Shown: one piece after another, positions 51,560 to 64,000 of the stretch | How the letters are laid out: the number at the start of each line of letters is the position of its first letter | Numbering within the stretch: position 1 is the first letter of the stretch | Origin: Camelus ferus | Lineage: Eukaryota | DNA: 64,000 nt | Assembly: GCF_009834535.1 (NCBI RefSeq) | Contig: NC_045696.1 | Span: forward strand, 55,306,001-55,370,000 | Direction: 5' to 3' | The notes under the pieces: generated by a model | Told to the model about the DNA's origin: nothing | Databases searched by the model: none | The model's input: the letters and a program-made list of their open reading frames with translations, nothing else | Position numbers and translations under genes: made by a program

Positions 51560-51785
51560 AGAAACTCCATGCTTGACAGAACTGAGCTCTGCCAACAGGT
51601 GGCCGTGGGATCATGGACAAGTTACTTGACCTCCTGAGTCTCAGTTGCCATGTCTTTAAAATGGAGATATTGGTAACACTAGTCCAACTAACCTCTCAAG
51701 TGTAACTATCACATGAGGTAACACACTTTCAAGTTTTGAAGACAACATCCAAATCGAGCCAGTGTTATTCCTGTACTAATAAAAA
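51560..51785 (+). mobile_element. MIR SINE
   Basis: atcatggacaagttacttgacctcctgagtctcagttgccatgtctttaaaatggagat. Confidence 0.7.
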
Positions 51786-51789
51786 ATCA

Positions 51790-52165
51790 TGCTATACACT
51801 GAACATTTGTGTCCTCCCCCGGCAAAATTCATAGATCGAAATCCTAACCCCCTGGTATGACGGTGTTAGCAGAGCCTTTGGGAGGAGATTAGGTCTGAGG
51901 GTGGAGCTGTCACGAATGGGATTAGTGTTTTCATAAAAGAGACTTCGCAGGACTTGCTTGCCCCTTCCACCACGTGAAGACCCAGCAAGAAGACTGGCAC
52001 CTATGAACCAGGAAGCCAACCAGACTGGCACCTATGAACCCAGACACCAAACTTATCAATGCCTCGACCATGGACCTTCCAGCCTCCCGCACTGTGAGAA
52101 GTAAATTTCTGTTATTTAAGCCACTCAGTCTATGGTTGTTATAATAGCCCAAACTCATCAAGACA
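51790..52165 (+). mobile_element. MaLR solo LTR (MLT1A0-like)
   Basis: tgctatacactgaacatttgtgtcctccc...atgggattagtg...cttccagcctcccgcactgtgagaagtaaatttctg...caagaca. Confidence 0.88.
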
Positions 52166-52439
52166 AACCATTATTTTACTTAAAAAAAAAACAAACAAAC
52201 AAATAAACAAAAAAACACATGCAGCAGAGTCCAGACTAATTGTATCTCAGGTGCTAAAGGAATTTACACCTGTATCTCAGAGTTACTCCAAATGATGAAA
52301 TCGTGAAGAACAGATAAGGGATTGGAAGACTGAAAATGGAGTAACTCTTAAGTTTTTAAAAGAAAGAAAAAAAGATAGTTCCTATACCAACTACAGTCCA
52401 ACATGTTACTTATCCATTTTTAGGACATGTAGAACATAC

Positions 52440-52740
52440 ATTATAACAAAAGATTTTGAAATATTAGCAACAAAATCTATTTGTTAGAATTCTGTACCAA
52501 GCCAAGTAAGTTGAAGGATATTGTAAATATATTACGCCTTGATTTCAGAAAAATATTTGACATTCCCCCAATATAGTCCTGTGATTAGGATGGTGAAATG
52601 GCGTCTAATGGGCAGTGTAATTAAGTATATTAGTGTCTGCTTGAAAAACAACTCCCAAGTATATGTTCAAAGTTAGCCTGAAAGAGGGGAGAATATGGTC
52701 CTCAGAGACATTCCGTTGCAGTTTTTAACAATGATGGACG
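52440..52740 (+). mobile_element. CR1/L3 reverse-transcriptase relic
   Basis: 52538-52561 translates LDFRKIFD, compared with the CR1/L2-clade RT motif YLDFSKAFD. Confidence 0.55.
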
Positions 52741-52929
52741 CTCCCAAGGGAAGTCTTTGCATATGAAACAACACTGAACAACTCACCTAGGCTTCAACAG
52801 GGAAGGCTCTGAAGGGATACACTCCAAAATGGTGTGGCAGGCAGGCAGCGTCAGCTCTGGGCAGGAAGACACACACACACACACACAAAAACACATGAAA
52901 TTTTATCCTGCTAAACTAACTACAACCAT

Positions 52930-53065
52930 GCGAAGATAGCTATTGTTAACCCCACTTTAGAATTAAGGAAAGGGAGAAGCAGAGTAGTTAACAAAGTGAC
53001 TTAGGGTCACCAGGTCAGCCAGCAGCACCGCTGGTATTCTGATGTTCTGAACTTCCAAGTTTCTA
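52930..53065 (-). mobile_element. MIR fragment
   Basis: ccccactttagaattaaggaaag...aagtgacttagggtcacc. Confidence 0.5.
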
Positions 53066-54159
53066 GTCTTCCCTCTTCTCCTCCACCCCACATCTGAGTT
53101 GTCTTCACTCCCAATGACCTTTGACTCCTTTAACCCTTCTTTGCCTTCCTCTTTTCTTTCTCTTTCTCTTTCCCACCTCCTTGCCTTTTCTGTGATTTGC
53201 CCTGTCTTCTTCCCTACCAATGCCCCACGCTTCCCCCTGTCTACGCAGGCCTCCTTCCAATAGGGTTCTTAAGGAGAGGCCAGGAGCTGATCCCTGCCCT
53301 GGAAAGTAACGTTCACGTTCCCCCAAAGGCAAAATTACTAGAGATCCCAAACACAGTTGGGAGTGACCCATATTTTACTGTTTGTTTCATTTTCAACTCC
53401 ACAGGGACAAATAATTGTCATATACTTTAAAGGGGAACTAGGGTGGGGGGGGTGTACGAGTGTGAGAGTGGGAGATAAAATGTGTAATACCCTCACCTCC
53501 TGATCTGACAGCTGAAAACTGCTAGGTCAATCATATTTTGTGCAAACAACCTTCCAAAAAGCATGACTTCTTTCACTCAACCCATACATGCACCATCAGA
53601 TACCTAATAACCTCTCTTTTTAGTACTGATATCCAGAACCCCAATACTATCATTTACATCCTACATATCATTTTTATCTTCATAACAACCCTGTCAGAGA
53701 GGAAGAAAAAATACTACCATTACCATTTTAAAGAATCATCAAATCAGAGGATGTCAGTCATTGCATTTGTAAGGAATGTTATTTCCAAGTTTCTAGATCT
53801 GGAGCCCTCTGGCTTCCAGGCCAGCTCTCTAATTTCACAGGGCTTCCTAACAGCATTTCTAGGAGAAAACTAGGTCTCCTGTCTTCTTATTCTTTTTACA
53901 GAAACGCAAATTCATATCCCAGGGGTGGGGACGGGTGGGTAGTTTAAATAGAAATAATTTATTCTCCCCTTGGGGAAAAAAGGAATAGAAAAAGAAAGGA
54001 GATTAAAACCTCCTGCCACTTCAAATGCAGTTATGACCAGCTTCAAGCATGGTTCGGGAAATGGTTGCACACAATGACATGGAGTCAAGGAATCTAACAG
54101 CAGGGTCCTTTAGCCTGTCCCCCAGCCCTATGTACAGACTCTAGAGCATCCTTGATGGC

Positions 54160-54445
54160 AATGACAATAATCACTAACGTTCACTGAGCACTGTCTAAAT
54201 CACAAGCACTGTGCCTATGAGTTATACATGTTTTCTCTAGTTTACTTACTCTAGTTTATTTACTCTAGTCTACCACTCTAAAAGAGAACTATTATTATCA
54301 TCCCATTTTACAGATGAGAAAACAACTACATTAGAATCTATCTTTAATCTTTGTAACAGTCCAAAGAGATGGCCGTCACTTCTATTACCATTTTAGAGAT
54401 GATAAAATGAGGCTCAGAAAGGTCAAGGAACTTGCCCACAGATTA
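54160..54445 (-). mobile_element. Two tandem MIR fragments
   Basis: cccattttacagatgagaaaac and ccattttagagatgataaaatgaggctcagaaaggtcaaggaacttgccc. Confidence 0.75.
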
Positions 54446-56532
54446 CAGATTTCCCAACGTGGGGTACAAAGCTCCTTCTACAGAGCAACTTCTCAATAAC
54501 AGAGAAAATACCTTCACACCCTCCTCCTCTTAGACCATCCATCATAAAACATCTAATTATCAGAAACTAACAGTGACATTCTGCAAATAAGCCCAAGACT
54601 GGGTCTTAAAGTATCCCACTGAAGAAAAGCCAGCATTGGCCCCTGAGGAAATCGTAAGTCAGTAATTCAAAATGCAGACATGGATTTGTCCCCAAAGCAA
54701 ACTTAACCCTCCAAAAAAAAAAAAGTAATTTCACAGGAAGAGAATTTTTAAAAGAGAAACAGAGAATTGATGGCTTAGGAAAGGTAAAGTTATGGCACTG
54801 GGTTGTAAATCCTGATCATAAATTAGCATTGAAATAAAGAGGATTTCTGATTCAGTCACAGGATAAACTGTTTTACTGGATACACTAGCACCACCCCGTG
54901 GTGAAGGAAAAGAACTCACAAGGTCCTACCTGCTTGGTGCTAATAAAACCTGCCTTCACTCCTGGGGGTAGAACAACGTTGGATACAAATCACAAGGTTC
55001 CAGAATTTCCACCACTAAGTGAGGAAAGCTATTTTGACCAAATATCCTGCTATGTGGAAAGCCTGTTTTAACCCAGAAAGGGCAAAATACAAAAGGAGGC
55101 TAGTCCTGACATCTTCAGGGCATGCCATGAGTGTCTCTACAGATGACTGTGAGGCATGTTGGATATGATAATGCCTCACATTTGTGTGACACCTTCACAT
55201 GCAGAATTCTTATTTTGTTATCAAAACAACACTGCCGTGAGTTAGGCATACAATGTATTTATCCCATTTTACAGGCAAGGAGATTGAGGTTCATTTGTGT
55301 TAAGTGTGAAGATATCTGTGATGCTTCCAGCGATGATCGAGAGGTTAATAAGCCACAGAGACACTGAGAGCACAACAAGGATGAGTGGGCTGAAAAGACC
55401 AGAGTATGAAAATCAAGAGTCAGTCGAGTAAATGTTTCATTCACTTTGAAATGACTTCTAAAGAGTTGATTTCTCATCAAAGATGGGCCTTCCACAAGTT
55501 TAAAAAGAAACAGAACCAAGGCAACAGACGCCCTCTGAAATGGAGAGTCCCATGCCATGCCCACATGATGGCCCACTACTCAAGTCCTTCAGGACCAGCA
55601 TATGACACAGGACACTGCTGCCAGGCTGGCCACATCATACTGCAGTTGAAATAATTACATCATCTTAACCAGACTACTTCACTCCGTCCCCAACTTGCCC
55701 AAAATCTGCTGGTCCTTTCTTGTCTACAGGACACCAGAGAAATTATTTTCATTCCTCTGTGTGGACCGAGCCAAGGAACTCATTTAGCAGAGAATAGCCC
55801 TACATGTAATCTTCCAAACTGTGGCCCTGTTCATGGTGGGATGGCATACGTCCATCCACTTTTTTGGACACCAATTTTAGTGGGAACTGTGTCAAGATTG
55901 GGAGCTCACCTGTCCCATTTGGGAGGAGACTAACTCAATTCCTATTTCTGTGTGATGTTATGGGGCATTTAGAGGGTCACAGGTTCATTCAGCATTAATC
56001 TTATTGATCTCAAATGTCAATTCATCCACTCTATTAACATACTACCAAAATGTATGCATATTAATCTTTGTCTGCATTTCTAATTGTTTCTTATTGGATA
56101 TTTTTTGAAGGGACAGGTGTAGAACTTGACAAAGTTATTCTAAATTCCATTTAGGAAAATGACCAGGCAAGAGTATCTTTTCTAAATACCTTAAAAGAAT
56201 GAGGAACTCTCCGTCAAGATATTATATAATTATTTCAAATATTTTTCCTTGTTTGTTATGTGCCTTCCAATTTGATGATGAGGTTATTTGACATAGATTA
56301 CAAGAATTGGAGGATTTAGAAAAACTTCTGGCCAAAGATCAGTATTCTCTTCTCCTTGGCTGGTCCCAAATTAATTAATAGGTTCTTTTTTTAAAGGCAG
56401 TGAGTGAAAGGCCGAGATATCAATCAGACATTTTTTTCAACAAAGTCCCTTTATTTTCTATTCAAGATAACATTAAGAAATCATCAGATATCACTTCTCC
56501 TTGAACTGCTTCAAAGGCCTGTGTCAAACTAG

Positions 56533-56533
56533 A

Positions 56534-56560
<27 letters not shown>
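56533..56560 (+). repeat. (AC)n microsatellite
   Basis: Directly visible. Confidence 0.97.
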
Positions 56561-56564
<4 letters not shown>

Positions 56565-57129
56565 TGGCTTAGGTACAACCACAGTCTAGTTCCCAAGACA
56601 TGCCTGATCCTTCTCTCTCCCTTGAGGGGTCACAGCCTTCTCTATTATAACCCAAACATGACTGACAGTAAGGACATTCAAACACTACTTTTCTTTTTTC
56701 ACCAGGGCTCCAAGAGGTGGGCCTCCCATTCTCTGAAAAGATATTACAAAGTAGCAAAATATGCAAACATTTCAGTGACATAATACAATCTAAAGCTAAT
56801 GAACACCTTCAGTGTTCATTATTTATCTTTTTCCATTGTTATAATTCACATAAATATATATTATTCATACACATCTGAATAATCTCATGGGAACAACCCA
56901 GACCCCACTGTTCGCATGAAAGCTGCGTTTCCCAGGCAGGCTGAGAAATGTGCTGGAATGTGGCAGCAGGTTTGCTTAAGGATCCCTGAGAAGGCCAGGT
57001 GAAACAACATGGAAAACATTAAGGAATGGAAGAAATCTCAAAGACTACTTTTGATAGATTTCACTGTATTCTACCTTCAATAAAATAACAAATCAATAAT
57101 GAAAATATTAAAACACTTGGAAAAACAGG

Positions 57130-57900
57130 CTAAAGATTAGATAATTCTAACAAAAAGACTACAAATGGCTGCTAAAACCACAGAGCCCATAGCTAATAGC
57201 TGCTTAAAATATGTAAAATAAAAGTAACTATAGTTAAGGAAATGTAAATTACCTCAGCAACGAGATATTATGTTCTATCAATATGGCAAAGGTTAAAAAC
57301 ATTATAAAACTCCTTACTGTCCAGTAAGACTTTTACCTTTTATATTGCTAATCCTCTTCCATTGTAAAAACACTAAGACAATGTGCATCAAAAACCTTAA
57401 AATGTTTATAGCTTTTGACCTAGTAATTTCCATTCTAGATAACTACCCTAAGGAAATAATCAGAAATGCAGGCAAATTTATGTGCAAATATGTTTATTAC
57501 AGCATTATTTATTACAGTAGTAAATGGAATCAATAAAAATGCCCCACAATAGAGGAATGCTTAAATAAATTACAAGCCATACAAACATGCATATTGTGGA
57601 GTGTTACACAGTCATTAAAAATTACACTTAAAGAGAAACTTGAGTGACATAGGAAAATGCTTACAATGCACTAAGTGAAAGAAACAGGATATATGGCTAT
57701 TTATATAGCACAATGTCATCCTTAGTTTCTTAAAGTGGGTTTGTATGCAAAGATAAAGAAGAAGGAAGTTCCAAAGCATGAACAATGTGTAAGATTACAA
57801 GTGATTTTTATTTTACTCTTTATAATACTTCATTGGTTTTTTTTATAAATTTTCCAAAATGAGCATGTATTACTTTAACAGTTAGAGGAAATACTCATTT
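57130..57900 (+). mobile_element. Old L1 (L1ME-like) 3' end
   Basis: cttttgacctagtaatttccattctag...aaatgccccacaatagaggaatgcttaaataaatt...aatgagcatgtattacttt. Confidence 0.75.
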
Positions 57901-57959
57901 AAAGTACAGCACCCAATGCCCTGGAAAGACTCCATTCCAGTCACATCCTTCGATCCCTG

Positions 57960-58318
57960 ATTGTTTCCTAAACACATCAGGCATTTCCGTACCTCCTTGC
58001 TTTTCTTCTTCATGTTCCTACTGCTTGGAAGTCCTTCCAAGAACTCAAAAGTCCATTCGTCTACATGACATTCTCTGAAGCCCCCAGTAAGAACTGGTTA
58101 TTCCCTCACTTTCATTTTCAAACCACTTCATACTTGGTTGTAGGATGACATTTACTAAATTAATTCTAATTATTCATTTTATATGTCTGTCTCCCCTCTT
58201 GGACTCTGAAATTTTCAAAGGCCCTAGGTCTTAAAAACTTCTAAATTTCTAATATCTAGCACCTGGCATGCCATAAATATTAAATATGTGGATGAATGAA
58301 TGATGGATGGATGGATGG
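57960..58318 (+). mobile_element. L2 3' end with (TGAA/TGGA)n tail
   Basis: gtctgtctcccctcttggactctga...atctagcacctggc...gatgaatgaatgatggatgg. Confidence 0.7.
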
Positions 58319-61139
58319 AAACCTATAGGTTTTCAAAGGGTAAATGAATCTAGAAACGACATCATCTTCAAGCTGCTTCACGTATTCGAATGTGTACCTA
58401 CTGCAGATGACACGTGAGAGGCACTACATTGAGCACTGCTAAGACAAGCTGAGGGACAATTAGCTTATAATAGAACTGAAATTTTTCTAGTTGAAATAAC
58501 AAATCTGTTACCCTGCTTTACAGTAAATGGCTTTCTACAAAGGATACCCACACATTAGTTTATTATTAAAAACCATTCCAATAAAAGACATGCTGAAAAA
58601 TTATTGCAATTTCTACTAATTAAAAACTAATTAAGTCATTTGCTGAATTATACATGTTCTCTACTTGCATTATCTATGAGCATGCTCTTCACTTACAAAT
58701 ATTTGTCTTCATTTCATTAAAGTAATTAAACTGCTTCAAGTACGGTTATTTTTACAAGCATTTTATAGTCAACTCTCAATTTTCCATACCAACGGAGAAG
58801 CATAATTGAAATACTTAAAACTGAGTAACATATCATACAGAACCTCCCTGTGGTTCTCCTCCTCCTCCTCCTCCTTCAGTTTAACAAACAACAAAAACAA
58901 CCGACTTGAGTTTTAAGCTTAGCTCCCTTCTCCCACTCCCACTCTGGCAGCCTGAACAGAAAATAATTGCACATCAACAGGGCGATGGTATTCACACGCA
59001 TACGCCACCTCCTTCCCACCACCGCCCCCACCCATCCCCACCCCATCTCTCAACGTACAATGTACTTAAGATAAAACAGAGGGATGAGTGAGCCCACTTT
59101 ACCACGGAAGAGGGACCATCCCCTAATCAACGTCAAAATTAATTGCACCATCTCTCCCACCACATCACCCAGGCTTTGTCCCAGGCAATTATGACAATTC
59201 CTTAAGTTCCTAGGAAAAAAAAAAATGCTGCACAAAGCAAAAAGTTCTTTACGCTAAGAATGATGATGTAGATTCTGAGTGAAGGTGTCAGCGTGTGCCT
59301 GCCAGTGTATCTGGCTGTGCTTTGTTTGCCAGTTCAAAGTCAGGGGAATTATGCAGAGGAAACATTTTCCTTCACAGAATGGGAGGGAGCATAATTATGA
59401 AGGGGCAGAAAGTAAGTATATGTTGGATGCATCTAGTTATACATATTGAGAAACGTGACAAGAAAACATGTACTGGACTCAGGTTGGCAATCCATTTTCC
59501 ATAACAGGCATTTTGTCAGGGATAAACAGAATAGAGTTGTTCTGACTCTCTTATGTCAGTTTTATGCCCTGAATGGAAGAGCTGCCTGTGGGAGGAGAGA
59601 CATGGTACTCCACCCAGAAAGTACCATCCAAGAAGGCCAAGAGTCCTGCCAAGGAACAGCCAGGAGCTGATGGGGAAGGAGGAAGGTGGTCGGGATGGCA
59701 GGGTGAGCGGCCGGGATGATTGGGACCTGGCAGCTGCAGTTGTGATACCAAACAGATACAGATCGAGAAACATGATAAATAGACAAATGCATAGCTAGAC
59801 AGCTAGACAGAAAAATAATATTTGTTACCCACACCTAGCATATAATAAGAATTAAATGTACTAAACTCTCGAGGTCCTCAAACACAGTATTTGTTTTCTC
59901 AGGTTAAAGACACAAAACAGGTTGTGTTGCAGGAGGCAGGGGGAGAGAGTTTTTATTGTCATTTTGTTTCCTCTTTAATACAGGTCTCAGAGGTGGTTCC
60001 CAAAATGCTCTTAGAAGGCTTGAAACAGCATTTCATTCCAACCTCGTGTGCTATACGGCATCTCCTTTATTCTGGATTTTCTCCTGCTTTAAATTTTATT
60101 GGATTTTAATCGGAGACCATCTGATGAAATGTTCTGAACCTAGATTAGAATGGAATGTGCACTCCAGCTGAATGAGAGGGAGGACTGGGAAATCGCATAA
60201 TGGAATATAAAACAGATTTTAAAAGCAATAAAACTGCAGCCAGCAGAAGGGTCTCCTGGGGGCAGGGAGAAGCGAGGACATGCAGTGATGCACTCACCAC
60301 CCAGAGAAAGAGGACACAAGCCAAGGAGGGGCCTCAGCCCCCAGCCACTCATCGTGGACCAAGATATGTCTGGTACCGTCCAGGACACAGCAGAAAGGAA
60401 AGGCAAAGTCCAGGAGGGTTTACGCAAATAAAACTAAACAAAGTCATCAAACAGGAATAGCCAGAGCACCCTCCAAAACCTGAGCAGGCTCTCAATTTCT
60501 CCAAGTCATTAAAAGAGGCAATGGAGGTCAGCACTGCTGCACCACCTGGAGCAGGGATGCCTGAACTTCACCACACAGCTGAACCACAGGAGGTTGTAAG
60601 ATGCAAGCTTCGGTTCAGCAGGTCTGGACTGGGCCTGGGAATCTGCGTGTCTAGCAAGCTCAGAAGTGACGCAACGCTGTTCTTCTTTCCACACTTTATG
60701 AAGTGGGTGGAAAGTAGCGGTTCTCTCCCCTGTATCAGCATCATTCAAGATCCAGCCAGAGCTCAGATGCCTGAGCCCCACCCAGATCTGTGTTTCTAGG
60801 GGTGGCATCTGGTAATGTGCAGGCTTGTCAAGCTCCCTTGTTGATTCGTACGCCTTCCCTTCCACATGCCAGATGAATTATTGGTGATTTTTAACATGGC
60901 CTCTCTACGTACATGATTGTAAGACAGGAACGTGAATGAACATCCAGCTGATTGACAGAAATGAGTGAAGTGAGGAGGTAAGGGGTGGCTCTCCTCAAGG
61001 ATCTAGCAGTGAGTATGTGAACAGAAAACCAGGCTAGGAGCCCTCTCTTCGAGCATCAGGCACAAGCATTAGAGTGGACATGCAGACATAAGGGCTACAT
61101 CTTCCTGAGCAGACTGTTTAAAAACCAATCCCATTCAGT

Positions 61140-61990
61140 GGAATCATCATGGGAGCCATCTTTAACTCTGTACATTCCCCATATCCTTCTGCCCACATCC
61201 AGTCCTAGTGGCTCAGCCTCCAAGATCCATCCGCTCATCTGTCTCCTCCTCCCCACTTCAACCACCATCTCCTACTCCCAGCCACCATCTTTTCTCCCCT
61301 GGACCAGAACAACAGTCTCCTAGCTGGGGTCCCAACCACCGTCTTGCTGCCTAACACTCACTCTCTCTTCCACAGGTAGCCTAGAACTCCTTCAGAAGCT
61401 TCCCGCTGCATTCAGAATAAAACCTTCACCGAAGCCTGAAATGCCCTGTGTGATCTTATCCCTCCATCTCTCCTGAGTGTGCACTCACTGGCCTTCTTTG
61501 TGTTTCTTCAATACATCAAGCTCTTTCCCCCACCCCAGTCTTTGGCAGGCTCATTTTTTGCTAAATATTCTTTGCCAGACATAGTAAGACCCCACTCTTC
61601 CTTTTGGTCTAGGCCTAAATAACGTCTTCTCAGAGAGATGTTCCCTGTCCATTCCTGGCCCTTGTTGTTCCTTTATAGCGTGAATTATAGACAGCTGGCA
61701 ATTGTTTCACTTGTTTACTCATGTACTTTTCTTTCTCTTCCATTACACCACTGGTTCTCAAAGTGTTGTCCCTGAAAAAGCCACACCAGCATCACCTGGG
61801 AAACTCTGAGGGTTAGTCTCAGACTCTGTTTTAACAGGCTCTCCTTAGGGCTGCTAACATTTGAGGTTCGCTGCACTGGACTGTAACCATCATGGGAGTA
61901 AAGACTAGGTCTGACCTGCCTGCCCTTGTGTGTCCAGCACCGAGAACAGTGCATAAAGTAGGTATTCAGTAATTTTTTTTGTGAATAGAT
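61140..61990 (+). mobile_element. L2 3' region with a MER5A-like insert at about 61750-61880
   Basis: agaacaacagtctcctagctgg...cattcagaataaaacc...cactggttctcaaagtg (MER5) ...gaacagtgcataaagtaggtattcagtaa. Confidence 0.7.
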
Positions 61991-62689
61991 TTTTTTAAAA
62001 AGTCCTATTAGACCAAACAATTTCTAGTATCCCAGCCTAGAGCCATTAGTCTACTTGCAAAAGTGCTACATGAAAGAGTAATCTCACAGAAATTTTGTTT
62101 CCAATGAAGAAGTTCCAGGCTGGCTTCAGAACAGAGAATGGATTTCAGGAAGCAAGACAAACTAAGACATCAGCTCAGGGGTGGCTGCAGTGGTGCAGCT
62201 GAGAGATGGTGAAGGCAGGGGAAGTGGACAGAGGGAGGTAAACTGAAGGATGGGTCTTAGAGGCTGGGCCAACAAGACTTGACAACTGGTCATAGATGGA
62301 GGGTGTGAGGGGAAATGAGGGGTTAGGAAAGCCATGATGGGGTGCAGGGGAAAAAATGGGGGTTCACAAGTATACTGGGCTCCAAGTTAAGGAAGGAGGA
62401 CAATAAAAGATAATAAGGAGACTGTCTTTGCCCAAGAAGGATCACACTGGGACCTTTCCTTTTTCTCCTTAACCGCCCCCTTCCATCTCTCCATCTCCCA
62501 GTAAACACACGCAAGTATTCTAATGTAACCCAAAGATGGAATGCACATATAGAAGAAATCATTTAGTGGTGCCACGTCTTTATTACAAGGCTAAGAATGC
62601 TGCCGCGCCTACAGCGGAAGTGGCTTATTCTGGTCACACAGCTGCTGGTGGCCATCGGGACCAAGCCCCAGCCTCCGACCTCCTAGTCA

Positions 62690-62880
62690 CTGAAACACTT
62701 GCATCAGTGGGTGCTCTGGGAGGAGAAAGAAAAAACTCCAGGGTCCAACAAGTTTGGAGATGCTGCAAGTAACATCCTCTAGAGAGTCTGAGTTCACACT
62801 ATACTAAGGCTGTGAAGTCTTCCACTGAAGAAAACGGTTTAACCCGGCATGTCTCCAACACAGCTGACCACAGAGTCCTA
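62690..62880. mobile_element. hAT-Charlie relic (MER103-like)
   Basis: gtccaacaagtttggagatgctgc...ctctagagagtc...aagaaaacggtttaaccc. Confidence 0.45.
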
Positions 62881-63599
62881 TCATCCTGTGCAGCTTCGTA
62901 ACATCCAGAGCACCCCAGACCACACACACATAGCGTGAGCTATAAGAAGAGAGAGAAAAGTTAGTCCCAAGTCAAAGTTTACATCTGAATTTTCCATACA
63001 CTCATGGAAGTCTTGGTGTCTTTGTCATGTTTATCCACCTTCTGAAACCTTTAAATAGTGGTACAAAGCAACTATCTGGGCTCACCAGGAAGGCATTTAG
63101 CTATCCCCAAAAGAAAACAACATTGGACGCCCTGCTGGGCTGGTCCTCACTTTAGGTATTCTTGCATACTTAGGACACAGGATTCCCAGGCCTGGTCCCT
63201 GCACTCTGAAGTCTTGCAACTTCCAGCTTCCCTCTCCTACTGTGAGGCCACAGCTTGCATGGAAGGGTGCCCTGGTGGTCTGGAAGGAAGGACCTCTCCT
63301 ATGGCCAAGAGGAGGTGGTAAACAGGGCTGTACAGCCCAGGGATGGTCGGGTCCAGGGCTGAAGAGGGAAGGGGGATGGGGCCTAGTGCTCAGGAAGCCC
63401 TCACCCAGGAGGGATGGGGGCTTGGGCAGGTTGAGGCTGAATCAGGAGTCTGGGGAAGACAATCTCTCAGAAAGGTGGGATTCCGAATTAGGAGGGTGAA
63501 TAGGCAGGGGCCCTCCCTAATGTGGAAGCACCTGGACAGGACACTGGGAGCTTGGTTGAGCTGGGTTATCCCTGTGAGGCAGGGAACAGGGAGGGGGGA

Positions 63600-64000
63600 G
63601 TCGATGCTCTGGAATTCACACAGACCCAAGTCCAAAGGAGCAAGCATCTTACGTTGTAGCTACATGACTTTGGACAAATTACTCAATTCCCCTGAACCTT
63701 GTTTCTGCGTGTGTGAAAAGAGACACAGTAACTTCTGCCTCCCAGAATTGCTCAAAGCAAATAATGAATATGAAAACACTGACAAATAGGAGAAGTGCCA
63801 CCAAATAGAGGTATGATTATCACAAATATTACTGGTGTTTATTGAGCACTTACAGTGCATCAGGCTCTGAGTTAAGTATTTCATAGACATTAGGTTGTCT
63901 GAGCCTTCGAGGAACCCTCTGAGGTAGACAAGAGTCTCAGTTTTACAGCTGAAGAAATTGAAGCCCAGGAAAACTAATTTACCTGCCCAGAGGCACACAG
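63600..64000. mobile_element. Two MIRs in opposite orientation (sense about 63600-63790, antisense about 63830-64000)
   Basis: tgactttggacaaattactcaattcccctgaacc; gtttattgagcacttac...cagttttacagctgaagaaattgaagcccagg. Confidence 0.75.

Noticed and set aside
63058..63998. Cluster of 85-148 aa ORFs
   Set aside because: G-rich and MIR-derived sequence with no coding signature

Overview
Mammalian genomic DNA, most likely camelid. The evidence is a tRNA-derived SINE resembling the camelid Vic-1 family plus cetartiodactyl-type L1 3' ends; both matches are from memory and were not database-checked. No recognisable cellular protein-coding gene, rRNA, intact tRNA or CpG island is present, and the only ORF-track peptides I recognise are LINE-1 ORF2 fragments. 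The window is an intronic or intergenic mosaic of repeats: a decayed L1 of about 6.2 kb with a 12-bp TSD (33144-39365), whose ORF1 is replaced by an inverted fragment of a different L1; four short 5'-truncated L1s with TSDs; older L1M/HAL1-like, L2, CR1/L3 and MIR relics; MaLR/ERVL LTRs; hAT-Charlie (MER5/MER3-like) elements; and microsatellites. The most notable item is a 1.26-kb insertion with a perfect 15-bp TSD (44663-45924). It joins the L1 endonuclease start, the L1 ORF2 C-terminus and a non-L1, mRNA-3'UTR-like tail with AATAAA and an A-tail, so it is a chimeric retroposon. Retroelement orientation and A-run bias suggest a large intron of a minus-strand gene. Boundaries of old repeats are approximate and family names are by-eye assignments.
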